DNA from: Kineococcus radiotolerans SRS30216 = ATCC BAA-149
Lineage (GTDB): Bacteria; Actinomycetota; Actinomycetes; Actinomycetales; Kineococcaceae
Assembly (NCBI RefSeq): GCF_000017305.1
Contig: NC_009664.2
Coordinates: 3,240,001 to 3,272,000 of the forward strand
DNA: 32,000 nt
Direction: 5' to 3'
Every line of letters begins with the position of its first letter. Positions within the stretch are counted from its first letter, which is position 1. Made by a program: the position numbers and the translations under genes. Below are positions 23,212 through 31,499 of this stretch, one piece after another. Below the pieces are notes generated by a model. The model was not told where the DNA came from and ran no database searches. It saw only the letters and a list, made by a program, of their open reading frames with translations.

Positions 23212-24840
23212 TCAGATCCAGCTCGGCAACCACATCCGCCGGCTCCAGGACTCGTAGGGGACGACCTGCGCCGTGTAGACCGGCCAGAAGAACGCGAAGC
23301 AGGCCACGCACAGCACCACGACGGTCCCGGCCACCACGGCCCCCCCGCGCCGCCGCCACAGCGCCGCCTCGACCCGGGCCCCGCCCCGCAGCACCGCGGC
23401 GCTGGGGTCCGGACCCAGGACCAGGCCCAGCAGGTAGGTCACCGCCAGCACCACGAAGGGGACGAGGACCACGGCGTAGAAGGTGAAGATCGTCCGGTGC
23501 TGGTACTGGAACCACGGGAGGTACGCGCCGGCGTAGCCGGCCAGGACCGCCCCGGCGCGCCAGTCCCGCCGGAAGGCCCAGCAGAACAGCAGGACCGCCA
23601 GCGCCGGCACCCCCACCCACCACAGGACCGGGTTGCCCAGCGAGGTGATCGCCTTCGAGCAGTTCTCCACCGCGCAGCCCTCCACCCCCTGCGCCTTCGC
23701 CTCGTAGAAGAACGACGTCGGGCGCCCCTGCACCAGCCACGACCACGGGTTGGCCGAGTACGGGTGGGGGCTGTCCAGCCCGACGTGGAAGACGTAGGCC
23801 TGCTGGTGGTAGTGCCACAGGCTGCGCAGGGCGTCCGGGACGACGTCGCCCAGCCCCCGGGAGGGGTGCTCGGCGCCCCAGTGCCGGTCGTAGCCCGCGT
23901 CGCTGCGGAACCAGCCGGCCCAGGTCGCGACGTAGGTGAGGACGGCGACGGGGACCAGGAGCAGGAAGGCGCCCACCCCGTCGCGCCACACCGCCGCCGC
24001 GAACCAGGGCCGCACCCCGATCGCGCGCCGGGCCCCCGCGTCCCACAGCACGGTCATCAGCCCGAAGACCGCGAGCACGTAGATCCCCGACCACTTCACC
24101 CCGCAGGCCAGGCCCAGGCTCACCCCCGCCGCCAGCCGCCACCCCCGGAAGCCGATCCGCGGGCCGAGGCCCTCCACGCCGTGCACGGCCACCGCCCGGG
24201 CCAGCCGCTCCCGGGCGTGGTCGCGGTCGACCAGCAGCAGCGCGAACGCGACCAGCACCCACCACATGAGGAAGACGTCGAGCAGGCTGGTGCGGCTCTC
24301 CACGAAGTGCACGCCGTCGAAGGCCAGCAGCACCGCGGCGGTGACGCCCAGCACCGTCGAGCGGAACAGCCGGCGGGCGACCCGGCCCAGGAGCAGGATC
24401 GACAGCGTCCCGACCAGCGCCGCGGAGAAGCGCCACCCGACGGAGGAGTCGATCCCGAACAGCCACTCCCCGAACGCGATCATCCACTTGCCCACCGGGG
24501 GGTGGACCACGAAGTCGCCCGCGGTGCCGAAGACGTCGGGGGTGCCGCGGGTGAAGAGCTCGTCGGGCTTGGCGATCCCGCCGTCGGTGCGCAGCTCCAC
24601 CCCGTGCCGCAGCAGCGAGTACGCCTGCTTCACGTAGTAGGTCTCGTCGAAGACGAGCTGGTGGGGCCGCCCGAGCTGGAAGAAGCGCAGGAAGCCGCCG
24701 ATCGCGGTGACCACCAGCAGCGCCGTCCAGGACCGCCACCGGGACTCCCCGGTGATCTCCGAGGGCCCTCCCAGCAGGCGCTCGCGGGCGTCGGCCGGCC
24801 CCGCCGGCCGGGTCCGGGCGGGGGTGCCCACCGCGCTCAC
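23212..24840 (-). CDS. pmt: protein O-mannosyltransferase (GT39, polyprenol-phosphate-mannose dependent)
   Basis: 542-aa polytopic protein with the loop-1 motif RFFQLGRPHQLVFDETYYVKQAYSLL and the C-terminal YHQQAYVFHVGLDSPHPYSANPWSW. Its divergent pairing with rsmI matches M. tuberculosis Rv1002c/Rv1003 (from memory). Confidence 0.9.
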   Translation of the reverse strand: MSAVGTPARTRPAGPADARERLLGGPSEITGESRWRSWTALLVVTAIGGFLRFFQLGRPHQLVFDETYYVKQAYSLLRHGVELRTDGGIAKPDELFTRGTPDVFGTAGDFVVHPPVGKWMIAFGEWLFGIDSSVGWRFSAALVGTLSILLLGRVARRLFRSTVLGVTAAVLLAFDGVHFVESRTSLLDVFLMWWVLVAFALLLVDRDHARERLARAVAVHGVEGLGPRIGFRGWRLAAGVSLGLACGVKWSGIYVLAVFGLMTVLWDAGARRAIGVRPWFAAAVWRDGVGAFLLLVPVAVLTYVATWAGWFRSDAGYDRHWGAEHPSRGLGDVVPDALRSLWHYHQQAYVFHVGLDSPHPYSANPWSWLVQGRPTSFFYEAKAQGVEGCAVENCSKAITSLGNPVLWWVGVPALAVLLFCWAFRRDWRAGAVLAGYAGAYLPWFQYQHRTIFTFYAVVLVPFVVLAVTYLLGLVLGPDPSAAVLRGGARVEAALWRRRGGAVVAGTVVVLCVACFAFFWPVYTAQVVPYESWSRRMWLPSWI

Positions 24841-24923
24841 GCCGGGCCTGGGTGCTGGGTCGTGATCACCGATCCATCGTAGGCGTGCACGGGCCCGGCC
24901 CGTCGGTGCGGCACGATGGCGGC
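24841..24923. promoter_or_regulatory. short divergent pmt/rsmI promoter region
   Basis: 83-bp gap between divergent starts. Its size depends on the uncertain rsmI start. Inferred from geometry only. Confidence 0.3.
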
Positions 24924-25823
24924 GTGAGCGGGGACGACGGCGAGGGCACCGGGACGGGACGGCTGGTGCTGGCGGGCACCCCCATCGGCAACGCCGGGGA
25001 CGCCACCCGGCGGCTGGTCGACCTCCTGGAGACCGCCGACGTCGTCGCGGCCGAGGACACCCGCCGGCTGCACCGGCTCGCCGCCGCGCTCGGGGTCACC
25101 CCGCGCGGGCGGCTGCTGAGCTACCACGAGCACAACGAGACCGAGCGGACCCCGGAGCTGGTGGACGCGGTGCGCGGGGGGGCGACGGTGGCCCTGGTGA
25201 CCGACGCCGGGATGCCCTCGGTGTCCGACCCCGGCTACCGGCTGGTCCGCGGCTGCGTCGACGCCGGGCTGGCGGTGACGGTGGTCCCCGGCCCCTCGGC
25301 GGTGCTGACCGCGCTGGCCGTCTCGGGGCTGCCCTGCGACCGGTTCGCCTTCGAGGGCTTCGCCCCGCGCAAGCCGGGGGAGCGCGCCCGGGTGTTCGCC
25401 GACCTCGCCCAGGACCCGCGGACGCTGGTCTTCTTCGAGTCCCCCCACCGCACCGGCGCCACCCTGGCGGCGATGGCGGAGGCGTTCGGGGCGGACCGCC
25501 CGGCGGCGGTCTGCCGGGAACTCACCAAGACCTACGAGGAGGTCGTGCGCGGCACGCTGGGCGAACTCGTCTCCTGGGCCGCGGCCGAGGTCCGCGGGGA
25601 GGTGTGCCTCGTCGTCGCCGGTTCGGCGGGGCCGCGGCGGGCCGCGTCGGCGGGGGAACTCGTGGGCGAGGTCTCGGAACTGGTCCGGTCGGGGTACCGG
25701 ATGAAGGACGCGGTGCGGGTGATCGCCGGCCGGCACGGGGTTCCGGGCCGGGAGTTGTACGACGCGGTCACGCTGGAGCGCCGGGAGCGGTCCGTCCGGC
25801 CCACGGCCGGGCACGGGGAGTAG
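24924..25823 (+). CDS. rsmI: 16S rRNA (cytidine1402-2'-O)-methyltransferase RsmI
   Basis: Reads LVLAGTPIGNAGDATRRLVDLLETADVVAAEDTRR...SDPGYRLV...VVPGPSA...FEGFAPRK...FFESPHR. GTG 24924 was chosen; GTG 24885 and GTG 24906 are also in frame. Confidence 0.88.
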   Translation: MSGDDGEGTGTGRLVLAGTPIGNAGDATRRLVDLLETADVVAAEDTRRLHRLAAALGVTPRGRLLSYHEHNETERTPELVDAVRGGATVALVTDAGMPSVSDPGYRLVRGCVDAGLAVTVVPGPSAVLTALAVSGLPCDRFAFEGFAPRKPGERARVFADLAQDPRTLVFFESPHRTGATLAAMAEAFGADRPAAVCRELTKTYEEVVRGTLGELVSWAAAEVRGEVCLVVAGSAGPRRAASAGELVGEVSELVRSGYRMKDAVRVIAGRHGVPGRELYDAVTLERRERSVRPTAGHGE

Positions 25824-25828
25824 CGTCA

Positions 25829-25878
25829 CCCCCGTCACCCGTCCGCCGCATCGGAGTGGGCGACACAGATGACGGGGG
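25829..25878 (+). terminator. imperfect long stem-loop just after the rsmI stop
   Basis: CCCCCGTCA (25829-25837) pairs perfectly with TGACGGGGG (25870-25878). Inner partial pairings (TCCG/CGGA, CCC/GGG) are present. There is no U-tract. Confidence 0.35.
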
Positions 25879-26817
25879 CGGGCGTCGAAGCAGGGGACGC
25901 ATTCTCGTCTCAGCCACCTGGAAGCCCCGTGATCCCCCTTGCGCCCTCGCCGGGAACCACTGCGCCGGCGACGGGGAGATCGACCTCACCGGCAAGTTCG
26001 GAGCGGTGAAGCTGGTCGCGAAGCTGTACAGCGGGAAGCACATGGTGCAGTCGGTGACCAAGTACCTGCGCGCGATCCCCGTCGTCACGACACAGATCCC
26101 GGCCGGGTTCCCGACGGCGGCGACCGGTGTCCCGGCCGGCACGACGCTGTCCACCGACCTCGACGTCTAGGAGGCCGGGGCCGACCTCGACGTGCAGGGC
26201 TGCCCCACCGTGCACGACCCCCGACGTGGCCGTCCACACCTCCCGCATCACCTCCCGGGACGCCACCCTGCGCGGTGAGCCTCCTCGACGCCCCTGGGGC
26301 CGTCGTGGAGGACTCCGAGACCGTCAGCGACGGCGGCACCGAGGGCACTGACGGCCGGAGCGGGTGCAGCGCGCGGCGGGTGGGCGTCCACGGCACCCAG
26401 GACGATCCCGGCTCGAGATAGACGTCGTGGACAGCTACGTGCACGACCTCATCCGCAGCGACGGGGTGCACACCGACGGCCTCCAGTCGACCTGGGAGTG
26501 AACATCGTCGTGCGGTGCACCACCGTCGATCCGCGCCGAGCCCGCTCGGACGACCTCCTGAACTCGGTGGTCCGGCTCGGGACCGAGGCGGGCTGGCAGT
26601 GCCTGGGGAACCTGCTCCTCGAGGACAACCTCTTCAACGGGCAGCTGCTCGGTCAACGTTGAGGTGCTCGGCCGCCGTAAAGAACGGGGTCTTCCGCGGC
26701 AACCGCTACAGGCACAGCAAACGGTACGGGGCCGCCGTCTCCGTCTCCGCCGTCACCTTTACCGAGGACTGGTGGGCCGACGCCGGGAACCTGGTCCGAC
26801 CGGCCGCGGCCTGCTGA
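25856..26817 (+). pseudogene. decayed gene: GC3-rich coding fragments broken by an in-frame TAG and several frameshifts
   Basis: Fragments with a good codon signature succeed one another in different frames. The first (GEIDLTGKFGAVKLVAKLYSGKHMVQSVTKYLRAIP...TDLDV) ends at TAG 26168. The frame then continues (EAGADLDVQGCPTVHDP) and shifts at a C5 run near 26218-26222 (DVAVHTSRITSRDATL). Further shifted pieces follow: VSLLDAPGAVVEDSETVSDGGTEG...VGVHGTQDDPG, EIDVVDSYVHDLIRSDGVHTDGLQSTWE, NIVVRCTTVDP...NLLLEDNLFNGQ, and KNGVFRGNRY...TFTEDWWADAGNLVRP, which ends at 26817. No intact ORF of gene size exists on either strand. Confidence 0.4.
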
Positions 26818-26875
26818 CCGAACGAGTTCGACCTTTCATGTGGTCCCAAGGCGATTGAGGTGTCAATCTTCTGCG

Positions 26876-28036
26876 GTGCGGTCCAACCAGCGAGTCGGGT
26901 GGAGGTACCTGCTGGCGAGCGCCATCGGGTACCGCCTCTCCTCCGGGCGCGCGTGGTGCCGCTCACTCCTGGCGCGGCGAGTCGACATGGTCTCCCTGGA
27001 GCAGTTGCGCGAGAACGGGGCGACGCTCCGGGAAACCCTTCCGTCACGTAAGGTTCGGTTGACGGTCCCTTCCGACCTCCGCGCTTCCGACCGCAGCGCG
27101 CTGAGGATGCGTGACGTGCGCGAGGTTCCCGCGCAGGCGGTCGTGGAGTTGAGCGGCGCGACGGTGCTGGGGCGGGAGGGTTGGGTCTTCGTCGACGGGC
27201 GGCTCGTCGACGGGATCTGGCAGGAGGTGGGCTTCCCCGCCCGTCGGATGCTCCCGCGCGGCCGGTTGGAGAAGCCCGCCCACCTCGGAGGGACGACGGC
27301 GTCGCTGCTCATGCCCTGGTTGCCGAACTACTACCACTGGACGACGCAGGCGGTCCCCCGGGTGCAGATGGTCAAGGACGTCGCCGGTGACGACGTGGAC
27401 CACTGGCTGATCCCCGCCGATCCCCCCTCCTACGTCCTGGAGTGGCTCGACCGGCTCGACGTGCCGGTGGAGCGCCGGGTCGAGGTCCGTGGTCGCCGTC
27501 AGGTGTTCGCCGTAGACCGGCTCGTCGTGAGCAGCGTTCCCGGCGCGAACCGCTGGGTCCCCTCGTGGGTCGTGGACCACCTGCGCAAGCAGTTCCCTCC
27601 GCCCCCGGAGCACGGGGAGCGGGTGTTCGTCGACCGACCCGAGACCGACCGGCGGCGCATGCTCAACCGCGAGGATGTCGTCGCCGCGCTACGTGGACGG
27701 GGCTTCCGGATCGTCGACCTCGCCAGTCTGACGGTGCAGGAGGAAGCTGTGCTCTTCGGGTCCGCGGCCGTCGTCGTCGGTGTCCACGGTGCGGGGCTCA
27801 CCAACCTCGTCTTCTGCCGACCGGGGACGGTCGTGCTGGAGTTGGCTCCCCGCGGGCTCGTCTTCCCGACCTTCGCCAAGCTCGCCGATGCAGCACAGGT
27901 CACCCACCACCTCCTGGTCGGGACGGAGCCCGCGCTGCCGAGGCCCCTGCGCTTCCCCGACGTCCTGGCCGACGTGGTCGTCGACATCCCCGCCCTCACC
28001 CGGCTCCTCGACCCCGTGCTCACCAGGCTGGGGTGA
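26876..28036 (+). CDS. glycosyltransferase family 61 / DUF563 protein (tandem copy 1)
   Basis: Reads LLMPWLPNYYHWTTQAVPRV...DHWLIP...RVFVDRPETDRRRMLNREDV...VVVGVHGAGLTNLVFCRPGTVVLELAP. GTG 26876 was chosen because VRSNQRVGWRYLL aligns with the MRSVNAGWDYLV N-terminus of copy 2. ATG 26987 is an alternative start. Confidence 0.8.
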   Translation: MRSNQRVGWRYLLASAIGYRLSSGRAWCRSLLARRVDMVSLEQLRENGATLRETLPSRKVRLTVPSDLRASDRSALRMRDVREVPAQAVVELSGATVLGREGWVFVDGRLVDGIWQEVGFPARRMLPRGRLEKPAHLGGTTASLLMPWLPNYYHWTTQAVPRVQMVKDVAGDDVDHWLIPADPPSYVLEWLDRLDVPVERRVEVRGRRQVFAVDRLVVSSVPGANRWVPSWVVDHLRKQFPPPPEHGERVFVDRPETDRRRMLNREDVVAALRGRGFRIVDLASLTVQEEAVLFGSAAVVVGVHGAGLTNLVFCRPGTVVLELAPRGLVFPTFAKLADAAQVTHHLLVGTEPALPRPLRFPDVLADVVVDIPALTRLLDPVLTRLG

Positions 28037-28108
28037 GATTGCTCACCCGGTTGAGACCGCCCGCGGACGAGCGTGACCCCGTGCTCGCTCTGTGCCATCG
28101 TCTGTGCC

Positions 28109-29287
28109 ATGAGGAGCGTGAACGCCGGCTGGGACTACCTCGTGCGCCGAGGGGCCGATCACCACGGCCGACGGGTGCGCAAGGCGCTGGCTCACGTTCG
28201 CCGCGCCCCGGTACCGCTGGTGGGGTCGCTCGACCTGGCTGCCGCCGGCCGTGCCGCCCGGGTCGAGGTCCAGCCCGGCCAGGACGTGCGGATGGAGCGA
28301 CCGGCCGCCCTCAGCCCCGCCGATTGGCGCGCCTTCCGGCACCGTGACGTCTCCACCCTGCCGCCGCAGTTCGTCCTTGACGTCCCCGACGCCCTCGTCT
28401 TGGGACGCAACGGCTGGGTCGCGGTCGAAGACGGGGGTGCGCGACGAGTGGTGTCCGATCTGTGGCAGGAAGTCGGTTTGGAGACCGGAGACATGGTCCA
28501 GCCGGGGTTGCTGGCCACGCGCCCGGACGAGCGGCTGCCCGGGACCACGGTGTCGCTGCTGCTCCCGTGGATGCCCAACTACTACCACTGGACGTTGCAG
28601 TCGGTGCCGCGCTTCGACATGGTCGCCGGCGTCCTGGATCCCGCGTCGGTGGACCAGTGGCTGGTGCCGCCGCAGAGCTCGCCGTTCGTCCGGGAGTGGC
28701 TGGACCTGCTGGGGATTCCCCAGGACCGCCGGGTGGAGGTGGAGCCTTCCGGGCGGGTGCTCTCCCTGGAGCGTCTCGTGGTGGCCTCCGTCCCCGCCCG
28801 GAACCGTTACGTCCCGCCCCACGTCCTGGACTCCGTGCGCGCGCGCCTGGACCTGAGGCGGCGGGACGACCTGCCGCGCCGCATCTTCCTTGACCGCCCG
28901 GCGACCGACAAGCGACGGTTGTTGAACCGCGACCGGGTCCTCACTGCGGTGCGTTCGGGGGGTTTCGAGGTGGTCGAGGCCGGCGCCCTGTCGGTCGCGG
29001 ACCAAGCGGCCCTGTTCGCGTCGGCGGACGTGGTGGCCGGGGTGCTTGGAGCGGGACTCACGAACCTTGTCTACTGCTACCCGGGGACGACGGTGGTGGA
29101 GATCTTGCCGCGGAACCTGATGTTCCCGGCGTACTACAAGCTCTGCGCAGCGGCCGGCCTGGATCACCGGTTGGTCACGGGCCGGGAACCCCGGCTCATA
29201 GGGCCGCTGCGCTTCCCCGACACCGAGGCGGACGTGCTCGTGGACGTCGCTACGCTCGAGCAGACTCTCCAGGACGTCCTCACCTGA
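28109..29287 (+). CDS. glycosyltransferase family 61 / DUF563 protein (tandem copy 2)
   Basis: Reads LLLPWMPNYYHWTLQSVPRF...DQWLVP...RIFLDRPATDKRRLLNRDRV...VVAGVLGAGLTNLVYCYPGTTVVEILP. It is collinear with copy 1. The start is ATG 28109. Confidence 0.8.
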   Translation: MRSVNAGWDYLVRRGADHHGRRVRKALAHVRRAPVPLVGSLDLAAAGRAARVEVQPGQDVRMERPAALSPADWRAFRHRDVSTLPPQFVLDVPDALVLGRNGWVAVEDGGARRVVSDLWQEVGLETGDMVQPGLLATRPDERLPGTTVSLLLPWMPNYYHWTLQSVPRFDMVAGVLDPASVDQWLVPPQSSPFVREWLDLLGIPQDRRVEVEPSGRVLSLERLVVASVPARNRYVPPHVLDSVRARLDLRRRDDLPRRIFLDRPATDKRRLLNRDRVLTAVRSGGFEVVEAGALSVADQAALFASADVVAGVLGAGLTNLVYCYPGTTVVEILPRNLMFPAYYKLCAAAGLDHRLVTGREPRLIGPLRFPDTEADVLVDVATLEQTLQDVLT

Positions 29288-29379
29288 CTCCTCCCGGGGG
29301 TCTGGTGGGAGCTGGCCGTTGTCCCGGGAGCGGTCCTCTCGGTAGCTTGCGGCAGCGCAGCCGAGGTGAGGAGTCCCGC

Positions 29380-30339
29380 GTGACCGTCGAACCGACCGTT
29401 GCGGCCCGGACCGGTGGCCCATCCGGGACCCCTCGCCCGCGCCAGGCGTGGATGGATGTGGTGCCGGGTGTGGCGGTCCTGCTCATCCCGCTCCTCCACG
29501 CCGGCACGCTGCTCCGCCACGGCGACCTCCCAATCCTGGTCGCGGCCGGTGTCCTGGCCGCGGCCCCCCTCCGCAGTCCCCGGCGGGTGTTCTCAAGCGC
29601 GCCCCTTCCTCGGTCGGTGGACGAGGGGAGCAGGCGCTACCCGTGGGGCGAGGTGGGGGTGGCCGTCTGGTCCTTCCTGCTGTGGACGACCGGGTACGCC
29701 GTCTGCAACTGGCCGGGACGGCTCGATCCGGTGCGCTGGTACCTGCCGAACCCGCTCCGCGGGGGGAGCTGCCTCTGGTACGTAGGTCGTCCCTGCGCCT
29801 CCTACCCGCTCGCGCCTCGACGCCGCCTGCTCGTGCCGCTCGTCATCCTGCTGTCAGAGGTGCTGTGCGACGACACGAAGCACCCGGAACGCCCCACCCA
29901 CCTCTTCGCCCTCTCCGGCCTCGGTCGGTGGGCGGCCGACCGGCCCGGTCGGCTGCAGGTGATCGTGGGCTCCCCACGCGTGTTCTCCGCGGCGGCGCTG
30001 GTCCTCGGCCCCGCACTCCTCAGGGCGCCGAGCTCCGGCTGCGTCCCGTGCTCGGTCCTCGCGACCCTGGCCGGGCCCCTCGTGGTCGTCGAGGTCGGCC
30101 ACCGGTGTGCCGACCAGCCGCTGCGCTTCACGGGGCGGGACCTGGTCGTGTTCTTCGTCGGGTACTTCCCCGCCCTCCACGTCGTCGTGCACGTGGCGCC
30201 CCGGCGGGGAGACGTCCCCCCCGGGGACCTGCTTCTCACCGAGGCGGGAGCCGCGGTCGCGTCCCTGGTCTCGCGCCGGCAGCCCGTGCGGTCGTTCACC
30301 GCGCCCCCCCTCCCCGTGTGGACGCGGGGTGCCGTGTGA
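29380..30339 (+). CDS. hypothetical membrane-associated protein, no recognisable family
   Basis: GTG 29380 is preceded by GGTGAGGAG with a 6-nt spacer, and third-codon positions are GC-rich throughout. It has several hydrophobic stretches (VVPGVAVLLIPLL, VGVAVWSFLLWTTGYAV, LLVPLVILLSEVL, LVVFFVGYFPALHVVVHV) and is rich in Trp, Cys, Pro and Arg. Its stop overlaps the start of the next gene. The other frames in this interval are Arg/Pro junk. Confidence 0.5.
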   Translation: MTVEPTVAARTGGPSGTPRPRQAWMDVVPGVAVLLIPLLHAGTLLRHGDLPILVAAGVLAAAPLRSPRRVFSSAPLPRSVDEGSRRYPWGEVGVAVWSFLLWTTGYAVCNWPGRLDPVRWYLPNPLRGGSCLWYVGRPCASYPLAPRRRLLVPLVILLSEVLCDDTKHPERPTHLFALSGLGRWAADRPGRLQVIVGSPRVFSAAALVLGPALLRAPSSGCVPCSVLATLAGPLVVVEVGHRCADQPLRFTGRDLVVFFVGYFPALHVVVHVAPRRGDVPPGDLLLTEAGAAVASLVSRRQPVRSFTAPPLPVWTRGAV

Positions 30340-31499
30340 TCGAGCGGGACCCGGTGGGAGCGGTCGGAACCGGCGTGGCCGCCTCGGCGCAGCCAGGTCC
30401 TGGCCGGGGACGCGTGGACGGCCTGACGGTGCTGCGCGGAATCGCCATCGCCCTCGTCCTGCTCCGGCACGCCGCCCCGGACGTGTTCGGCGGCGCGGGC
30501 GTCGTCGGGGTCACGGTCTTCTTCGCCCTCTCCGGCTGGCTCATCACGGGCGTGCTACTGGCCGATCTGGACCGCTGCGGTCGGGTCTACTACCGCCGCT
30601 TCTACTTCCACCGGATCCTCCGCCTGTACCCTGCGCTGCTGCTCCTCGTCGTCGGCCTCGTCCTCGTGGGAACCCTCGCGGACCCGTTGGACGAGGGACC
30701 CGCGTGGCGCTGGGCCGTAGCCGTCGCCCTCACGTACACCGCGGACCTGCCGCTCGGACTCCCGGTGAGCACTGCCTCCACCCACCTGTGGACCCTCGCC
30801 GTGGAGGAGCAGTTCTACCTGCTGTGGCCGTTCCTGCTGGTGCTCGCCTCCCGCCGCGCCCTGCGCCGGGGTGTCCTGGTCGCGGTGCTGCTGTGCTGGG
30901 CGGCGGCGGTGGCGACCGTCGTCGCCGCCGGGGACGTCGTGGTGCGCGCCTACTTCCTGCCGACGTCGTGGTTCGTCGCCCTCGCGGTCGGAGGACTGGC
31001 GCGCACGCTGGACCCGGCTCGGCTGAGCTCGGCGCTGCGGCACCGCACCGTGCTCGGGGCGACGGTGGTGGTTCTCGCGGGCACGTGCCTGGTGCCGGAC
31101 CTCAACGCCAACCGGTTGACCTACCTCCTGGGAGGTCCGGTGATCGCCGTGTGCACCGTGGTCCTCGTCGTAGCAGCTCTGCCCCACCAGCGGGTGCGGA
31201 GCCTCCCGGCCCGGGCGTTGGTGGGACTGGGCACGGTCTCCTACGCCACCTACTTGTGGAACTGGCCGCTGGTGACGTGGGCCGGAGCCCTGCTGCCCGA
31301 TCAGCCGACGGTGTTGGTCGGGGCGGGGGCCGCGGTGGCGTCCGTCGGCGTCGCCACGGTGAGCTGGTACGCCCTCGAGCGGCCGGTGGGTCGGGCCCGT
31401 GCCCGCTGGGGTCGGGGGTCCACGTCGGCTCCCGCCGCGTGCACCCCCGACCTCGGCTCGATCAGTGCTCCGTCGCCTTCTCGGCGCCGGCGCCGGTGA
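30336..31499 (+). CDS. acyltransferase family 3 (OafA/WecH-like O-acyltransferase) membrane protein
   Basis: GTG 30336 overlaps the upstream TGA (GTGA). Reads LTVLRGIAIALVLLRHA...VTVFFALSGWLITGVLL...YYRRFYFHRILRLYPALLL...THLWTLAVEEQFYLLWP...VSYATYLWNWP. The N-terminal 296 aa of track ORF 29448..31499 was rejected. Confidence 0.85.
   Translation: MIERDPVGAVGTGVAASAQPGPGRGRVDGLTVLRGIAIALVLLRHAAPDVFGGAGVVGVTVFFALSGWLITGVLLADLDRCGRVYYRRFYFHRILRLYPALLLLVVGLVLVGTLADPLDEGPAWRWAVAVALTYTADLPLGLPVSTASTHLWTLAVEEQFYLLWPFLLVLASRRALRRGVLVAVLLCWAAAVATVVAAGDVVVRAYFLPTSWFVALAVGGLARTLDPARLSSALRHRTVLGATVVVLAGTCLVPDLNANRLTYLLGGPVIAVCTVVLVVAALPHQRVRSLPARALVGLGTVSYATYLWNWPLVTWAGALLPDQPTVLVGAGAAVASVGVATVSWYALERPVGRARARWGRGSTSAPAACTPDLGSISAPSPSRRRRR

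Noticed and set aside
23180-24882. 519-aa minus and 461-aa plus ORFs overlapping pmt
   Set aside because: These are off-frame or antisense shadows. Only the 23212..24840 frame gives the GT39 motifs and TM helices.
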